In this document: one piece after another, positions 1 to 10,504 of the stretch
Layout: every line of letters starts with the position of its first letter
Position numbering within the stretch: the first letter of the stretch is position 1
Assembly (NCBI GenBank): GCA_000165345.1
Contig: CM000432.1
Location: 768,001 to 832,000 of the forward strand
Direction of reading: 5' to 3'
Length of the DNA: 64,000 nt
Made by a program: the position numbers and the translations under genes
The notes under the pieces: generated by a model
Databases searched by the model: none
What the model was told of the DNA's origin: nothing
Seen by the model: only the letters and a program-made list of their open reading frames with translations

Positions 1-1570
1 GTAGAGGCGGAGGAACCTTCTTACCATTTCTATATCTTGGGCGGTTTCTATCATACTTCATATAGCATGCATTACAGCAAATTTGTTTTTCAACATATGT
101 AGTGGGTGGAATATTACTTGATGGACTTGTTTCAGGTGTAGACGAGATCTGATCTGACTGAGTGTTGAACGCATGGTTAGATTCTTGTTTTAGAGATATC
201 GAATGTTCATCTTTATTGCTTGAATATAGTTCTCCCAAATTAAGAAATCTCCACTGTGAAGTTTGAGTAGTTCCGCAAACAATACAAATAGCAGAGCTCT
301 TGTCAATTTTTCTTCTTCCTCCAATATTTGATTTAATGGATTTTCTAGGCTTTTCAGCCTTTCTACTTTCTTGTCTGAGACCTATTTTAGATACCCAATC
401 CCCTAGTGTGTTGGAGATCTCGAATCCTCCATCAAAATTATTGAGTGACTTTCTAGAATTTGAAGATTGTGATTTACTAATAGGCGAAAGAATTGAGGGA
501 ATTGTCTGGGAAGAGTGAATTGGGGAGCTATTCACTGAAATACTACTGCTGCTCACTCCACCCGTAAAATTGACAGATGGTATATTTAATCGGCTTTCTG
601 AGCCTCCAATAAAATTGGCTGTAGGAGTCAAATTAGCACCTACAGCCCCCCCATTACACGGAATTTGAGATAGCGATGCCAATGATACCATATTTGGAGC
701 CTGAGATCCTCCATTTTGTAACTCAAATAGGTTAAAAGGCATAACTGTGGATCCAGTTCCAGATCCAGTTACAGTTACAGTTCCAGCCCCAGCCCCAGTC
801 CCAGTCCCAGATCCAGATCCAGTTCCAGTTCCAATTCCAATTCCAATTCCAGTTCCAGATCCCGGCCTAGATCCCTGTCCAGTTAATGCATTATTATTAC
901 CTTGCCAACCAAGATACATTTGTCTAAGTAATGGATTAAAACATCCTGCTGTTGTACCTGCTATTCCGTATCCACCAGCTAAAATTGGAGAATACATAGC
1001 CATGGCCATTTGATTGTATAATGCTAACTGTTGATAATAAGCATTCATAGTGTTATTCCACTCTATCTGAGATCCAGGATAAGGAAATAAGCTATTTGAC
1101 GAATCTACTTTCGATTTTAAACTCCCTTCATCTACACTGAATGAATTGAAACTATTCGAGTTATTACTCTGAGAGTTATTGACTAAGCTTGGAGGAAGCA
1201 GTTGAGCACCTGTTGCTGGGCTACATGAAGAAAATCCAGCTCCTAATCCTGTATTATTAGAAGTTGATCCTCCATTTGGGAAGTAACTATTTGAAGCCAT
1301 TTCTTTATTCTTCATCTCAGTAATTTTTGAAAATATTGAATAAAAGTTACTCAGGTTTGAATATGCGTCATCTCTTTCATTTACTATATTGCATCCTGGT
1401 GACGAATTCGCACTAATAAACATAGTAGGAGGACTATCAGGAACATTCTGAGATGCCAGCTTGCCAGTTGTTGAGTAGATAAGCATAGGATCTTGCGCCA
1501 AATCTGAAGCTTTGACATTACTCATCTCGGGAATTGCCTCTTTGGATATTAGATTTGTGCTGAATGACAT
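1..1570 (-). CDS. GATA-type zinc-finger protein with a Gly-X dipeptide repeat. The 5' end is complete with ATG at 1570 preceded by an in-frame TAG. The 3' end runs off the window.
   Basis: Manual reverse-complement translation is open from 1570 to position 1. It reads MSFSTNLISKEAIPEM...GSGTGIGIGIGTGTGSGSGTGTGAGAGTVTVTGSGTGS...CIVCGTTQTSQWR...(~55 aa)...CCNACYMKYDRNRPRYRNGKK. CxxCGTTxTxxWR and CNAC-Y match the GATA finger signature. The track misses this gene because it has no stop inside the window. Confidence 0.6.
   Translation of the reverse strand, partial: MSFSTNLISKEAIPEMSNVKASDLAQDPMLIYSTTGKLASQNVPDSPPTMFISANSSPGCNIVNERDDAYSNLSNFYSIFSKITEMKNKEMASNSYFPNGGSTSNNTGLGAGFSSCSPATGAQLLPPSLVNNSQSNNSNSFNSFSVDEGSLKSKVDSSNSLFPYPGSQIEWNNTMNAYYQQLALYNQMAMAMYSPILAGGYGIAGTTAGCFNPLLRQMYLGWQGNNNALTGQGSRPGSGTGIGIGIGTGTGSGSGTGTGAGAGTVTVTGSGTGSTVMPFNLFELQNGGSQAPNMVSLASLSQIPCNGGAVGANLTPTANFIGGSESRLNIPSVNFTGGVSSSSISVNSSPIHSSQTIPSILSPISKSQSSNSRKSLNNFDGGFEISNTLGDWVSKIGLRQESRKAEKPRKSIKSNIGGRRKIDKSSAICIVCGTTQTSQWRFLNLGELYSSNKDEHSISLKQESNHAFNTQSDQISSTPETSPSSNIPPTTYVEKQICCNACYMKYDRNRPRYRNGKKVPPPL
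745..872 (-). repeat. (CCAGWY)n hexanucleotide repeat on the plus strand. It encodes a ~38-residue (Gly-Ser/Thr/Ile) dipeptide repeat in the minus-strand GATA gene.
   Basis: The plus strand reads ccagttccagatccagttacagttacagttccagccccagccccagtcccagtccc... The 88-aa plus-strand ORF at 747..1013 (PVPVPDPDP...) is the antisense artefact of this repeat. Confidence 0.8.
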
Positions 1571-3348
1571 TTGGATTAATTCTTTTAAAGTTTTGAATAA
1601 CTAATATACTCTATTAAATAACTGATAGTTAATTGGCCAAAGCCAAATTATTTTTATTAATTTCTGATATGCACTGCTTTATTTTATATATTCCTTAGTT
1701 TCCCCGTCTAATTATCAGTGCATTTTACTTTCATTCGTGACCTTTCTTTTTTTTTGTTGCTACTGACTGAAAAAGAAGCCCTTAGAAACAACTTCCTCAC
1801 TCCAACCAGATACCAGAAATCTGCTCAACTCACCTTATCAATTTGCTAAAACCTTGACTCACTTTTTCGATACTTTTTTTCTATTCTGTTACCTTGATCT
1901 TTATAACTTTTGCATCACAAAGATTTAATTATAGTACTTAACCACTTTATACTCACTAAAGCCTTGAATTTTACCTCTTCATATAATGATATATTTGCAG
2001 GCTAATTATCATTACAATCTCCCTTGATAATCTTTTTCTACTTTTTTCTAATGATCTGTAATCTAAAATTATACCGTTACTTGCAATTAATGATTTTAAC
2101 GTCTTGCCTCTTGTCGAGAAGCTAAGGCGCCAACACTGCTCGATATGATGTTTGTATGGGATTTCGCGATGGGTAAAAAATTATACAATTTTTTTTTAGT
2201 TAATTTTCCTCTAAAAAGTACATTTTAGAGCCGATTATAGTGGATTATGATAGCTTTAGTTTCTAGTTCTTGCATTTTCTTCATAAAGAATTCATTTTTT
2301 TTTTTAAGATATTAATTATAAGCATACAAGTTATTAAAGACAACTCGACAATATTTTTTTGTGACTTATTAGTAAACTTATAAATAGTTAATCCTATTTC
2401 GGATTTGGTCTTTTATAATGAATTACTCCATCTTACTAATGATAATTATTATTCGCATGCATTATATGTGTGAGCCAATCATTTAAATCATTAACCAAAG
2501 ACTATAGTAAAAGTGACTTAAAAAAAATTAGGAATATTTTTGGTGCTTACAGCTATACATGATCTTTTGTTTATCTGTTGTTCTTTACATTATTAAATCA
2601 TCTTCAAGCCTGCTCAAAATTATAAAATTTGATTAATAGTAAATACTACAGAATATGTATAGAAGCTCAGTTGGATACGCATACAAACGAGTTATGTGCA
2701 TTATTTAGAAAATAAATAAAAGTTACTTTATTAATGTGTAGAGTAGAATAAACCGAGAGAAAAAAAACTTTTAGTTTAAAATTAACCTTTCAAATTATTA
2801 AACTATTAACATCAAAACTTTCCTCCTACTGATAGTTTGGTCTACTATTCTTTTCTACTCTTATTTCTTCCCACCATGAAGGCTGTGCAACTTCAACCGG
2901 AGGATCCTAAAATTTTTTTATTCATTAGTAATAGATCCTTGAATATCAACTACCCAACTATTTTGGAAGTTCTACTTAACTTACCCTACAACAACCGAGT
3001 ATCTTAAATAAAAACAAAGGATCAAAGTTCATTCTCTTCAAGCTGTTTTACTGCAATTAATTCACTTGTTGAACTCTGTGGGGTTCTCACAATGTTTGAT
3101 TAATTTTCAGAGGTAAATTGATTTGGCGGCACGTCCAAAGTAAGTTTAGTTTTTTTTTAGTACCTATTTTAACGTAGAATTGATAATGCAACAATTATTA
3201 AAAATTACGTATTGAACTTAATAGAAAGTTTTGATAACGAAATACTGAAATGGTAACAGAAACTTTAAATAACGAGTCAAAACATGCAAATAGATCTTAG
3301 TAGAATTCTAGAAATAAGTGAAAAACCTAAACTTTAGATTAAAGGTAG

Positions 3349-3375
3349 TATTATGTATTCCGGGAATACATAATA
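3349..3375. repeat. Perfect 27-nt palindrome (tattatgtattcc-g-ggaatacataata) that could form a hairpin, in an intergenic region.
   Basis: Direct reading shows 13-nt arms that are exact reverse complements around a central g. Confidence 0.6.
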
Positions 3376-3860
3376 AATAAAAGGTCATCCATCCTCTCTT
3401 TTCCCTTCCTGCAATATCTCTTGCCAAATTTTCCTTGTATCTTAAGAATTGCCTTTCCCGTAAATTAGAAATCCTTTTTTGATTTTTTCATTATACTTTT
3501 CATTCTTAAGTTGAAAAAAATAATATAATAGTAATAATACCTTCCTTATAAGATGGTGAGAAAAATTTTATCGTTTCTTAATATAATTACAATAGAATAG
3601 TAATAACAGCACCACTATAGTGAGATCAATATTGCATTTGTGCATACAATGTAAATTCAGATATTCTTATCTTGCGAATATTAAGCACTACTTCGACAGC
3701 TTGGTCTCTTTCTATCCCTTCTATTTTTCCTCTCTACTCATTAAAATGAGATTAGTAAACATTCTAATATAAACAAAGAAAGTCAAAAGCATCGTGTAAT
3801 AAAGATTCTCTACTATTCATGAGGTTTAATAATTGAGGCAAGGAATCTCATTGTAATGCT

Positions 3861-5408
3861 TTATTGTTCCAAACTTTCAGAATTTACCTCTTCCTTTGGA
3901 TTCTCACTTGCATTGCAGCACATTGAAGTTATTGAGAAACCATCGTGATGCGATGCTTCAATAGCCTCAGGCTTTATTGGAATAATATCCTTCGGCATGC
4001 TTAGAGGAGCAGCGCCTAAGACTGCCATTGGAATACATTGTTGAACTGGATAAGTGACAATAGGTGTTTGATCCATTGGACCTAATGTGTCAACATTGAC
4101 GACTTCTTTAGATTCAAGTCCTCTAATTAGATTCTGAGCTCCAGAAGGAAGTGAATCAATATCAACAACTCCAGCAGCAGCTTCACATCCACATAATGAG
4201 ATCTGGTGTGGTGCTAAGTTAACCTGCTGAGGTGCACCGGTTACCAAATTATATACAGCCTGTTGTTGTAACATAAAGAATTCTTGAGTATACATTTCTT
4301 GAGTTTGAATAGTAGGTGTAAGAATCCATTGGTTTTGTAAATATGTCATCATTAATGGATTTCCTGGAGACATTGGTAAAGGATCCCACAATTGTCTTTG
4401 CAAGTTCATTTGTCTCTCGAAGCTCTGCATACGTTCTAGGCTTGGTTCCTGGTTGGAGTCAATACCATCCATTGCCTCACGGTATGGTGTAATCATCCTA
4501 TCAATTTCCATCTCGCCAACTAAAACTCTTCTTTCTTCTAATAAATCTGCATTAACCCTCATCCACATTGCATGGAAGTCAGCCTGTGATAATTCTGCGG
4601 GATTCATCAAGTGAACATCCATCTCTCTCTCTCTCTTTCCAAATTCAACATCAACAGGTACTGGTTTGATAATATCTTCATACACAAAATAGGGAACTTC
4701 TCTTACACATTCCACCTCGTATACTTCCTCAGTCATCTTAAACTTTGGAACTACTCGCTTTCTTACTGGAATTGGAACAAAATGATCACGGAATTCCAAA
4801 ACTGGAACATGGACTGGAACAACAAAGGGCTTTGGGACCATGTATGGCACGGGAAGCTCAATCAAAGATGGAACAGCGTCTCCTACTGCAACTCTTGTGA
4901 TGCTAACAACAGTGTTTTCATCGATCTCAATAGGGTTTGGTGGGAAAATTGGGAGTGATTCAGGGGCGTTAATAAAAGGTTTTTCTGGTTCCTCTACATA
5001 TGTCACCTTTTCTACAATCTTCTCAACTGTTTTATACTCGACAACAGGTTTGGTTACAACCTTCTCAACAATCTCCTCTTTTGGAACGTATTTAACGTTA
5101 TACCTCACAACGGGATCCTCGATAATTTTTTCCACTGTCTTAATTACTGGAACCTCCACAACTTTCTCTCTATATTCAGGAACTATACGTGGAACTGTTC
5201 TCACTACTTCCTTAACTTCAACATCTGGTACTACAGTTTCTACCAACTTAACTAAAGGTATTCCTCCCTCAGCTACGCCACTTGTCGAGCTTTCTTCCGG
5301 GATTTGGAGCGATGGAACCACATATCGCTGCTCCTGAACTTCATCTTCAGCAAAGCGAGCATGGTGCTCACGTCCCGAGGTCTGACCTGAACGCTCACTA
5401 TTACTCAT
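3861..5408 (-). CDS. Alveolin-repeat inner membrane complex (IMC) protein.
   Basis: A 515-aa ORF with ATG at 5408. Its core is rich in Val/Pro/Glu/Lys iterations (EKVVEVPVIKTVEKIIEDPVV, EKIVEKVTYVEEPEKP, KPFVVPVHVPV), typical of alveolin domains. Confidence 0.7.
   Translation of the reverse strand: MSNSERSGQTSGREHHARFAEDEVQEQRYVVPSLQIPEESSTSGVAEGGIPLVKLVETVVPDVEVKEVVRTVPRIVPEYREKVVEVPVIKTVEKIIEDPVVRYNVKYVPKEEIVEKVVTKPVVEYKTVEKIVEKVTYVEEPEKPFINAPESLPIFPPNPIEIDENTVVSITRVAVGDAVPSLIELPVPYMVPKPFVVPVHVPVLEFRDHFVPIPVRKRVVPKFKMTEEVYEVECVREVPYFVYEDIIKPVPVDVEFGKREREMDVHLMNPAELSQADFHAMWMRVNADLLEERRVLVGEMEIDRMITPYREAMDGIDSNQEPSLERMQSFERQMNLQRQLWDPLPMSPGNPLMMTYLQNQWILTPTIQTQEMYTQEFFMLQQQAVYNLVTGAPQQVNLAPHQISLCGCEAAAGVVDIDSLPSGAQNLIRGLESKEVVNVDTLGPMDQTPIVTYPVQQCIPMAVLGAAPLSMPKDIIPIKPEAIEASHHDGFSITSMCCNASENPKEEVNSESLEQ
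4621..4636. repeat. (CT)8 microsatellite inside the alveolin CDS, encoding RERE on the minus strand.
   Basis: Bases ctctctctctctctct at 4621-4636. The protein contains GKREREMD at this position. Confidence 0.7.
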
Positions 5409-6610
5409 CTTAATTCTATTTTTCCCTTGTCCTCTTATATCTCTTATTCTCTCCTGCTATTTTTTTAATACATGTATTAGACATAGACATAATGAATTTC
5501 CATATAGCACACAAACTCTACGTCATGCTTTATTAAATTTTTGATCCCAATTATCTCACAATTAAATAAAGAGCACTTTACCGCCATGTCTTGTATATGA
5601 TCTTTAAAATTATTTCGGAAATAGCTAAAATTGTTATTGGAGTTTAATAATAAACACTTGTTACCTGATTCATTAGTTATTCTTAGAATTGTTGTGTCAA
5701 ATGTAATGTTTAGTATTTTCTTTATCCTTCTGAATTTTTTTTTCCTATTATTGCAACTTTGATTCCCTGTTTCTAGACAACATTATGACAGAGGATTATA
5801 CAAGAATAGCATAATTCGAAATTCTAAAAATATAGATATTCTTTCAGCGAGATAAATCTGCAAATCCTATACGAGAGTGCCATCAGTTATGGCCACTTCC
5901 TCTTGCTTCTAAACCTAACGTTTCTTAATCATGCACCTGTAACATAGAGCTAAAAACGTATCAAAGAGCTATATTATTAATAATATTAACTATTCAATTC
6001 AATATTAACAACACTCAAACGGAGAATCAAATTTTCTCTATTGCATGCAAGAGTTGTCCATGCAAAAATGTTGCATGTGGGATGGCGCTATTTTAAATAA
6101 TCTGCCTGCTTTAATGATATATTAAACATTTAGAAATAAATAAGAAGGAGAATTATTGTGTTAGGAATTAATTCATTTCTCAAACTAATAGCTGTAATAA
6201 TCTAACAATAACTTTTTTTACACTCAATGTTGCACTTTATTTTGATCCATCACTTATATTTCAATAATTATTGAAAAATATAAATTTACTTTGTTGTAGA
6301 CGAGACGTGAAGAACTGTGATAGCATGTGCGTACGTATATATTATAAAGTAATATATGATGTATGATAATGTAAGTAATATTATATATATAATCAATTGA
6401 ATAGTATAATAAATGCGATAATCTGATTAATAGAAAATCAGAAAATATTAGCGGTATTTGAGTAGGAGAAAAGCAAAACAATAAGTTTTAAGGCTTGAAT
6501 TAAAGATCGTGTGCGAAGAAAAAAATAATTAGGGGGAAAATTCCAACTTTATATTGAATTAGGTAATTATTATATATTTAGAAAATAATAATTGATAATA
6601 GAAATTAAAG

Positions 6611-7405
6611 ATGCCAGCAAAGAAGAATAATGGTGGACAAACCGATAGAGATTCAGAATCAGGATTAACTGATCGTCAATCTAATAAAGTTGAAAGTAAC
6701 ATAGTTGAAGTGCCAGAATTGCATTTCCATGAAAAATATTCAGCTGTGAATATCCCTGTGGTACAGGAGAAGATTAGATATGAAACAAAGGAGGTGATTC
6801 AAGAAAGAGAGGTACATGTAGTGAAGCCAGTCGTTAAGGAGAAAATTGTTGAAGTTCCAAAATATAAAGTTGTTGAGAAAGTTGTTGAAGTTCCCCAAGT
6901 TGTTGTGCAGGAAAAGCTGATCGAGGTTGAGAGAGTGGAGGTCACTTCAAGAAGCAGAAATCAATCAAGACCAATAAGTCCGGTGGAAAAGAAACAATTA
7001 GATATTGTTACGCAATATCGTCAAGTCCCAAAGCCAGTAGAAGTTCCTATTGCATTTTACTCTGCTATTCCTGTTCCTATTTTGATAGATAGAGCAGTTC
7101 CTGTTCCAATGGAATTGCAAATTATTCAAGATATATTATGTCCAAAGATTGAGGCGATCTATAAAGACATTCCAATTCCAATTCCAGTTAAGAGAACAAT
7201 TGAAAAACCTGTGCCAATTGGTCTATATGATCAGCCAGAACTTCTCCAAAAATACCTTCACGACCCTAATGAGCCATTACCAAATCCAGTCGCAGCTTTA
7301 GAGCAAATGGCTCAACAAGCATCCATGGCTGCTGCATTAAACCAACAAAATATGATGCAAATGATGCAACAGCAGGGCAGTGTACAACAAGAGCCTCAAG
7401 AGTAA
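6611..7405 (+). CDS. Alveolin-repeat IMC-like protein with a Gln/Met-rich C-terminus.
   Basis: A 264-aa ORF with ATG at 6611. It carries the repeats EKIVEVPKYKVVEKVVEVPQVVVQEKLIEVERVEV and later PIPIPVKRTIEKPVPI. It is arranged head-to-head with the 3861..5408 gene. Confidence 0.65.
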   Translation: MPAKKNNGGQTDRDSESGLTDRQSNKVESNIVEVPELHFHEKYSAVNIPVVQEKIRYETKEVIQEREVHVVKPVVKEKIVEVPKYKVVEKVVEVPQVVVQEKLIEVERVEVTSRSRNQSRPISPVEKKQLDIVTQYRQVPKPVEVPIAFYSAIPVPILIDRAVPVPMELQIIQDILCPKIEAIYKDIPIPIPVKRTIEKPVPIGLYDQPELLQKYLHDPNEPLPNPVAALEQMAQQASMAAALNQQNMMQMMQQQGSVQQEPQE

Positions 7406-7566
7406 ACGGAATTTGTTGTGTTTCTACTCTGACTACCGAAATTAAGACAAATAAAAAAAAATAATAAAAGAATAGATTGTCAAAACTTGTTGTATTTAAT
7501 ATTTAGTTAATTATTATTTATATGTTAATATAAATACTTTTTTTTCGGAGGCTTATATATAATAAT

Positions 7567-9498
7567 TTAATCTTTAGAAAAGTACTTGATGAGTAGATCC
7601 TTGATAAATCCCATAATATCTTTTGCTCTTTCTAATGTTGGTGATTCTACATATACCCTTGCAACTTCCTCAGTGCCTGATGGTCTTATAAATGCTCTGG
7701 AGTAATTATCGTTCAAATTTGAGATATAATTATCAATGCTTTCCTGTATTGCTTTTGGTTCAACTAGAAATTTTTCTGTTTCTTTATCACATATTAGAGT
7801 CTCGAGGTCGCATCTATTTAAATAGACTTTATCTTGAATGACATTAAGATCGTCATAAAGGCGCATAGAAAATTTGCAGCCAAATCTGGTTTGTATAAAT
7901 TTTCTTGCAACTTCAAATGCAAGCATATCAGAGATTGCATCTCCAATTACAGGATTAAACAAGTTCAGGAAATAAGTTAATAATCTGCATGAATTATTAT
8001 TTATCCCAAATTTTGACATCTCTTCAACCCATGATTTTAACTTGTCTTCTTTGTGAATTACAGTTCCATGGCCATTTGCCTCGAAATATACTGCAATGTC
8101 ATATTCTTCTGCTTTTCTGTGGAGATGCTTAACTCCAGTTGGGACACAGTTAATAGAAAATCTGAAATATTTTGGATTTAATGCACTAAGTAAATCATTT
8201 AGATACTTGGTACTAGCTCCATTAGCATATGCTGTTTGGATTACACCTAAACACAAAGTGGGAATTGTGTCTGTTTCAACTGTTATCTCTCTTATGGATT
8301 GACTTAATAGGGTAGCAACCACAAGAACATAGCATGCTGAAATTCTATCTCCATCAATCAAAAAAATTTCAGAATTATCATTTTTATGAAAATGATTAGG
8401 TACAAAGTATATCAATCTGTCAGCATCCCCATCAAAAGCCGCAACATAGTCAACTTTATCTGAATCATAATCTTGGTAAGAATAGAACCCAACAGGAGGG
8501 AGGGTATTTTTTTGAATATGTTCTGCTCCGCAGCCATCATTAAGTTTTTCAGGATTATCGCAGTTAATCATTTTTAGACTCAAACCAGCATAAGATAGTA
8601 TCTTTGAAACCCTATCAGCGTGGTATTTTCCCACGCCATTCGCCACATCTACCAACAAGATCCCATTTTCATTTATCTTGTAATTTTCAATTTTGTTGGG
8701 TTTTGCCTTAAAAAAAAGATGGCTATTTTGAGTAAAAAGGAATGAGTGATCATCATTTTGTATCAAATTCACTAACTGTTTAAAGTAATATTCATGATAG
8801 GCAAAGTAAACCTCAAAGAACGATGAGACCATTTCACTCTTATTTTGGTTGCTACATTTCTCCAAGTCTTTAATAAGATTTTCGAACATTACAGTTTTTT
8901 TAATATCAATTGGAACTCTGTCGATGATCAATCCATTTGCAAATGCTACCATGAAATGCAACTGCGGAGTAGTCGTAAATCCAAAGTTTAAAAATCTCGA
9001 GATTCCGAATTCTGATATAAATCTCTCAATAGACTCTAGAATATATTTTGATGATGGTCTGGTATCGAAACCTACTATTAGTTTTGCTTTTGAAAGCTCT
9101 ATTTTGTTTAGCTCATCATCGCCTAATGCCAACTTCTCCTTGAAATAATGCATCAATACTCTCACTGGATTGCTCGCATCCTCATGGTTTACAGCATTAA
9201 AGCAAATTTGCTCAAAATCTTTGTTCAGCATACTTCCTGTAACATCCACAATCTTCACTCCATTATCTTGAATTGGGTTATGCGATGCTGTTATTACAAC
9301 CCCGACCCACTTTTGTTCCAGAATACTTCTTAGGCAAGCAATTATTGTGCAAATCATAGCCACTTGTTCTACTCTATGTGGATTCTCCTCATAATTCATT
9401 CTGAATCCAGCTGTTCCATATATTAATGGCCTTAAACTTTGTAACTTTCCACATTTTTCTATTAGAACTTTTGTCACTCTTTCTTCAAATTCGCTCAT
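7567..9498 (-). CDS. Phosphoacetylglucosamine mutase (AGM1/PGM3-type phosphohexomutase).
   Basis: The ORF is 643 aa. It contains the active-site Ser loop VVITASHNPIQDNGVKIVD (the TASHNP..DNGVK pattern of PAGM), the metal-binding motif FDGDADR and the C-terminal RPSGTEEVARVY. It starts MSEF...YGTAGFR as AGM1 proteins do. Confidence 0.85.
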   Translation of the reverse strand: MSEFEERVTKVLIEKCGKLQSLRPLIYGTAGFRMNYEENPHRVEQVAMICTIIACLRSILEQKWVGVVITASHNPIQDNGVKIVDVTGSMLNKDFEQICFNAVNHEDASNPVRVLMHYFKEKLALGDDELNKIELSKAKLIVGFDTRPSSKYILESIERFISEFGISRFLNFGFTTTPQLHFMVAFANGLIIDRVPIDIKKTVMFENLIKDLEKCSNQNKSEMVSSFFEVYFAYHEYYFKQLVNLIQNDDHSFLFTQNSHLFFKAKPNKIENYKINENGILLVDVANGVGKYHADRVSKILSYAGLSLKMINCDNPEKLNDGCGAEHIQKNTLPPVGFYSYQDYDSDKVDYVAAFDGDADRLIYFVPNHFHKNDNSEIFLIDGDRISACYVLVVATLLSQSIREITVETDTIPTLCLGVIQTAYANGASTKYLNDLLSALNPKYFRFSINCVPTGVKHLHRKAEEYDIAVYFEANGHGTVIHKEDKLKSWVEEMSKFGINNNSCRLLTYFLNLFNPVIGDAISDMLAFEVARKFIQTRFGCKFSMRLYDDLNVIQDKVYLNRCDLETLICDKETEKFLVEPKAIQESIDNYISNLNDNYSRAFIRPSGTEEVARVYVESPTLERAKDIMGFIKDLLIKYFSKD

Positions 9499-9947
9499 TT
9501 AAAATTAACAATTATTTTTCAATGGCCTTTCAAGTTTTGTATGCAAATTTTATGCTCTTTCCATTTCTGTCTAATTTCTTTTTATTTTTATAATGCAATG
9601 ACGTGTTATTTAAAATGACTCCTAGCCCCTCCCTTCCCCTCCCCGCCCCCCAACGCGCATGTAAATACCGGTATAAACGCAATGAAAAACGCATGCAAAA
9701 TCTTTGTGGACATAATTACGTGTATGCGTTAAAAGGAAGCTGAGGAAGAGATACTGTTAATATTGCGAGTCGAAGTATAGTTGAAATTGAAAGCATTCAA
9801 ATTTATTCTATTAATGAGCTTGTAAAACAATCTGAAATTAATCAATTACTGAGAATATCATCCACATTATTTTTGGGTGAACCTAAAAATCTTCTTTTTT
9901 CTAATCATAGAATCATTTAGATTTGTTCAAAGTAGCAATCAAAAATA

Positions 9948-10469
9948 ATGGAAGATCAGCCAATACAGCAAGAAATAAATGAGGAGCTCGAGGATAAAAC
10001 CAGTGAATTCAAGGGTATGCAAGAAGTTAGTAATTTAGAACTGAATGAAAACAATGAAGAGAGCATTGAGTATTTTCAGAATGAGCGAAAGTCAAATGAA
10101 CTATTAGACTCCAAACCTTCAATTCAGGAAAGCAAAATTTCAAATATAATTGAAGCAAATACAAGCAATGAAAAACTATATGTTAACATCAGAAATGAAA
10201 ATGTAAGTTTAAGAATATTATTCTAGGGAAATACATCGATAAATTGCCCCTTGAACCAATAACGAAAAACATTTAATAAAACGAAATTTTAGGGAATCTA
10301 TAAAGAAAAGATTGACCCAAACAATTTTTATGAAATGTTGAGTTACGAGCTATACAGATCAAATGGGATAGAAAGGGACTATCCAATTGATTTATGTTTA
10401 GATATTCAGGAAGATATTGATAATATATTACCATTTCTACAAAAGTCAATAATTAATAGAAAGAAATAA
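9948..10469 (+). CDS. Hypothetical small acidic protein, spliced. Exon 1 is 9948..10202, the intron is 10203..10292 (GTAAGT...TTTTAG) and exon 2 is 10293..10469.
   Basis: The track ORF 9948..10226 ends in TAG inside a GTAAGT-initiated stretch. Splicing at the first downstream AG that restores frame gives 58 further stop-free codons (GIYKEKIDPNNFYEMLSYELYRSNGIERDYPIDLCLDIQEDIDNILPFLQKSIINRKK) in AT-rich DNA. The product is about 143 aa. Confidence 0.35.
10203..10292 (+). other. Candidate 90-nt spliceosomal intron (GTAAGT..AG, phase 0).
   Basis: The donor is the canonical GTAAGT at 10203. The acceptor is ttttag ending at 10292. The downstream frame stays open for 58 codons. Confidence 0.35.
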
Positions 10470-10504
10470 ACTAGATAAATTATTATAATTAAGCAGAAAC
10501 TGAT

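Noticed and set aside
747-1013. 88-aa plus-strand ORF (PVPVPDPDPVPVPIPIPIPVPDP).
   Set aside because: It is the antisense reading of the hexanucleotide repeat inside the minus-strand GATA gene. The same applies to the 72-aa ORF at 300..518.
2621-2700. The sequence gaagctcagttggatacgc resembles a tRNA D-arm.
   Set aside because: There is no matching acceptor stem, anticodon arm or GTTCRANYC T-loop nearby. It is not a tRNA.
4611-5337. Plus-strand ORFs of 115 and 165 aa overlapping the alveolin gene.
   Set aside because: They are antisense of a long, repetitive Val/Glu/Lys-rich CDS. Low-complexity coding sequence commonly leaves the opposite strand open. The ORFs show no independent start context.
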